From contig NC_043000.1 in assembly GCF_006345805.1 (NCBI RefSeq), positions 134,726,001 through 134,790,000 of the forward strand: a stretch of DNA of 64,000 nt, written 5' to 3'. The notes beneath the pieces are model-generated. The model did not search any database, had not been told where the DNA came from, and saw only the letters and a list, made by a program, of their open reading frames with translations. Source of the stretch: Octopus sinensis. Taxonomy: Eukaryota. Below, in pieces: positions 62,330 to 64,000 of the stretch (within the stretch, counting starts at the first letter, position 1; each line of letters begins with the position of its first letter). A program made the translations under genes and the position numbers.

Positions 62330-63870
62330 AAATTTTTTTTTTTGTGGTTGGAGTCAGGGGAAAGGAACTGTGCCTAACTTTGGCAGGGGTCTGGCAGTGG
62401 TTGATGCTTAGCTTCAGCATTTACATGTTGGCATCTGCAGGCGAAATGTGAGCAGGAAGGGAATTTCAGAGGGTTGACACGGATATTTTGGAAAAGAAGG
62501 ATAGTGGTTTGTGTGTAACCTGGGAGACGGATAGAATAGGCAATGAGAGGTAGGTGGGCTTGGATGGAAGTGGTATGCAACTAGTAAGCTCTAGGGAGCA
62601 GAGGATATTGTAATAGAGGTAGAAGAGGCAGTGAGGGGACAGCGTATCTGTGGACTAGAGGCTGGAATAGTTTTGGTCACTTTTGGCTTATCAGTTGGAT
62701 GACTTTCCTTTAGATATGGTCTTAAATTGATGTAAAAATGAGGATGATGATGATGGTAATCAAATGTGTATGCCAGCACCTTTTCAGATATGAATCTCAC
62801 TTAAGCTCTATAGAGAGTCAGCAGCTATATGGAGCTCAAGTATTTTCTAATTCTGAAAAGAAACAGTAGTCTTTGAGACAGAATTTTTGCTGTTATAAAT
62901 GTAAGACTGCCAGATAGGGTCATTAATAATTGTGAGGTGTAGCATTTGTAACAATTTGAAGAGTTTCGATTGTGTTGTGTAAAACTAGAGGGAGTGATGT
63001 ACAATATTGTTTTCTTAATGTGCTGCAATTGTGACTTTACGCTGTTGAATGGAACATGATACTCATGTCTCCTTTGGAGAATACAAAGGTAGTGTAGGCT
63101 TGATGCAGGGTGTCGGGTACATGGATGATATCTGTGTATGAAAGATTAAGGAGGTATGTAGAGTGATGGCATATGGGGCGGGTGAATGAGGTTGATGGCA
63201 AAAAGGGCTTTAATGTACAAGAGGGAAAAAATGGATGATATAACTGAGCCATCAGGCATGACAGTTGATGGAATGAGTCTAGGAGAACATCATCAAGGCA
63301 TAATTGTAATGGTGTGATCTGACTGAAAGCTTCTGAAACAAGAGACGGACATAGATCATTAGAGAAATTTTTGTACTTGACGCAATCAAATGTCTTTGAT
63401 GTTAATCATAACGACATTGTGTCGTCAAATTTCTTAAGAGATAGTAGGATAGGTCGAATTTCTTAAAGGGATAGTAGGATAGGTCTGTAGTGGATCTGGT
63501 TCCAAGGAAGTTGTACTGAGCTCTCTTAAATGATGAGTGAGGATAAGATTGAAGTTGTGGTTCATATTAAAATCAAGATTTGTGTTGTTGGAACACTTAA
63601 GAGAGAAAGGACATGTTAATATTAGCAATCTCTTAGTAGTGTAATAATTTGGTGTTAGCTTTTGAGAGAAATAGCACTGCTATGAACATCGGGCAAGATT
63701 GTAAATTTACTAAAAGAGTATATGGTTGTTTTTGAAAATTGCTATAATGGGATAGGTCTGGATCTGCAAGGTTTGAAGAGGACTTTATTTCTTTTGTTGT
63801 GTAGTTCTTGGTCAGCTCTAATCAAACACTCCTATCTCATGGATATAGTCAGTTGAACAACTATTATTCT
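62330..63870 (-). mobile_element. Old, highly degenerate LINE RT (CR1/Jockey-group-like)
   Basis: Interrupted motifs in correct order: AQYNFLGTRSTTDL, a decayed SKAFD region, LFLFRIRKYLSS, LTLYRA*VR, STL*NSLPAHISP. Confidence 0.65.
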
Positions 63871-64000
63871 AGATCAGGGCTGGCCAACCTGAGGCCTGTG
63901 GGCTGCATGTGGCCCACAGACTTTCATCTTGTGGCCCACTTGATACTTTCTTGAAATGGGTTTATTTTAAAAATTTTATCAAAAATTAAAAATTGTAATG

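Overview
AT-rich, repeat-dominated animal genomic DNA. The SINE/LINE families and microsatellite load suggest a coleoid cephalopod, probably Octopus (inference). Only two pieces look like host genes. One is the first coding exon of STT3B (minus strand, 14552-14724) with its promoter. The other is a candidate first exon of an unidentified gene encoding a mitochondrial-presequence-like peptide (plus strand, 59898-59996). The rest is transposon debris: RTE and CR1-like LINEs, at least four tRNA-derived SINE families, Tc1/mariner, piggyBac-like and hAT MITEs, Gypsy pol remnants, and Penelope-like pseudo-LTR remnants. The most striking unannotated structures are: a 365-bp fold-back carrying type I hammerhead ribozyme motifs on both strands (33622-33986); a second hammerhead whose inverted partner arm lacks the catalytic core (37541-37890); a 1,200-bp near-perfect inverted repeat built from one young RTE LINE (53163-56577); and hypervariable, tandemly reiterated RTE 3' UTRs. 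All calls were made by eye with no alignment tools, so family assignments and many boundaries are approximate.
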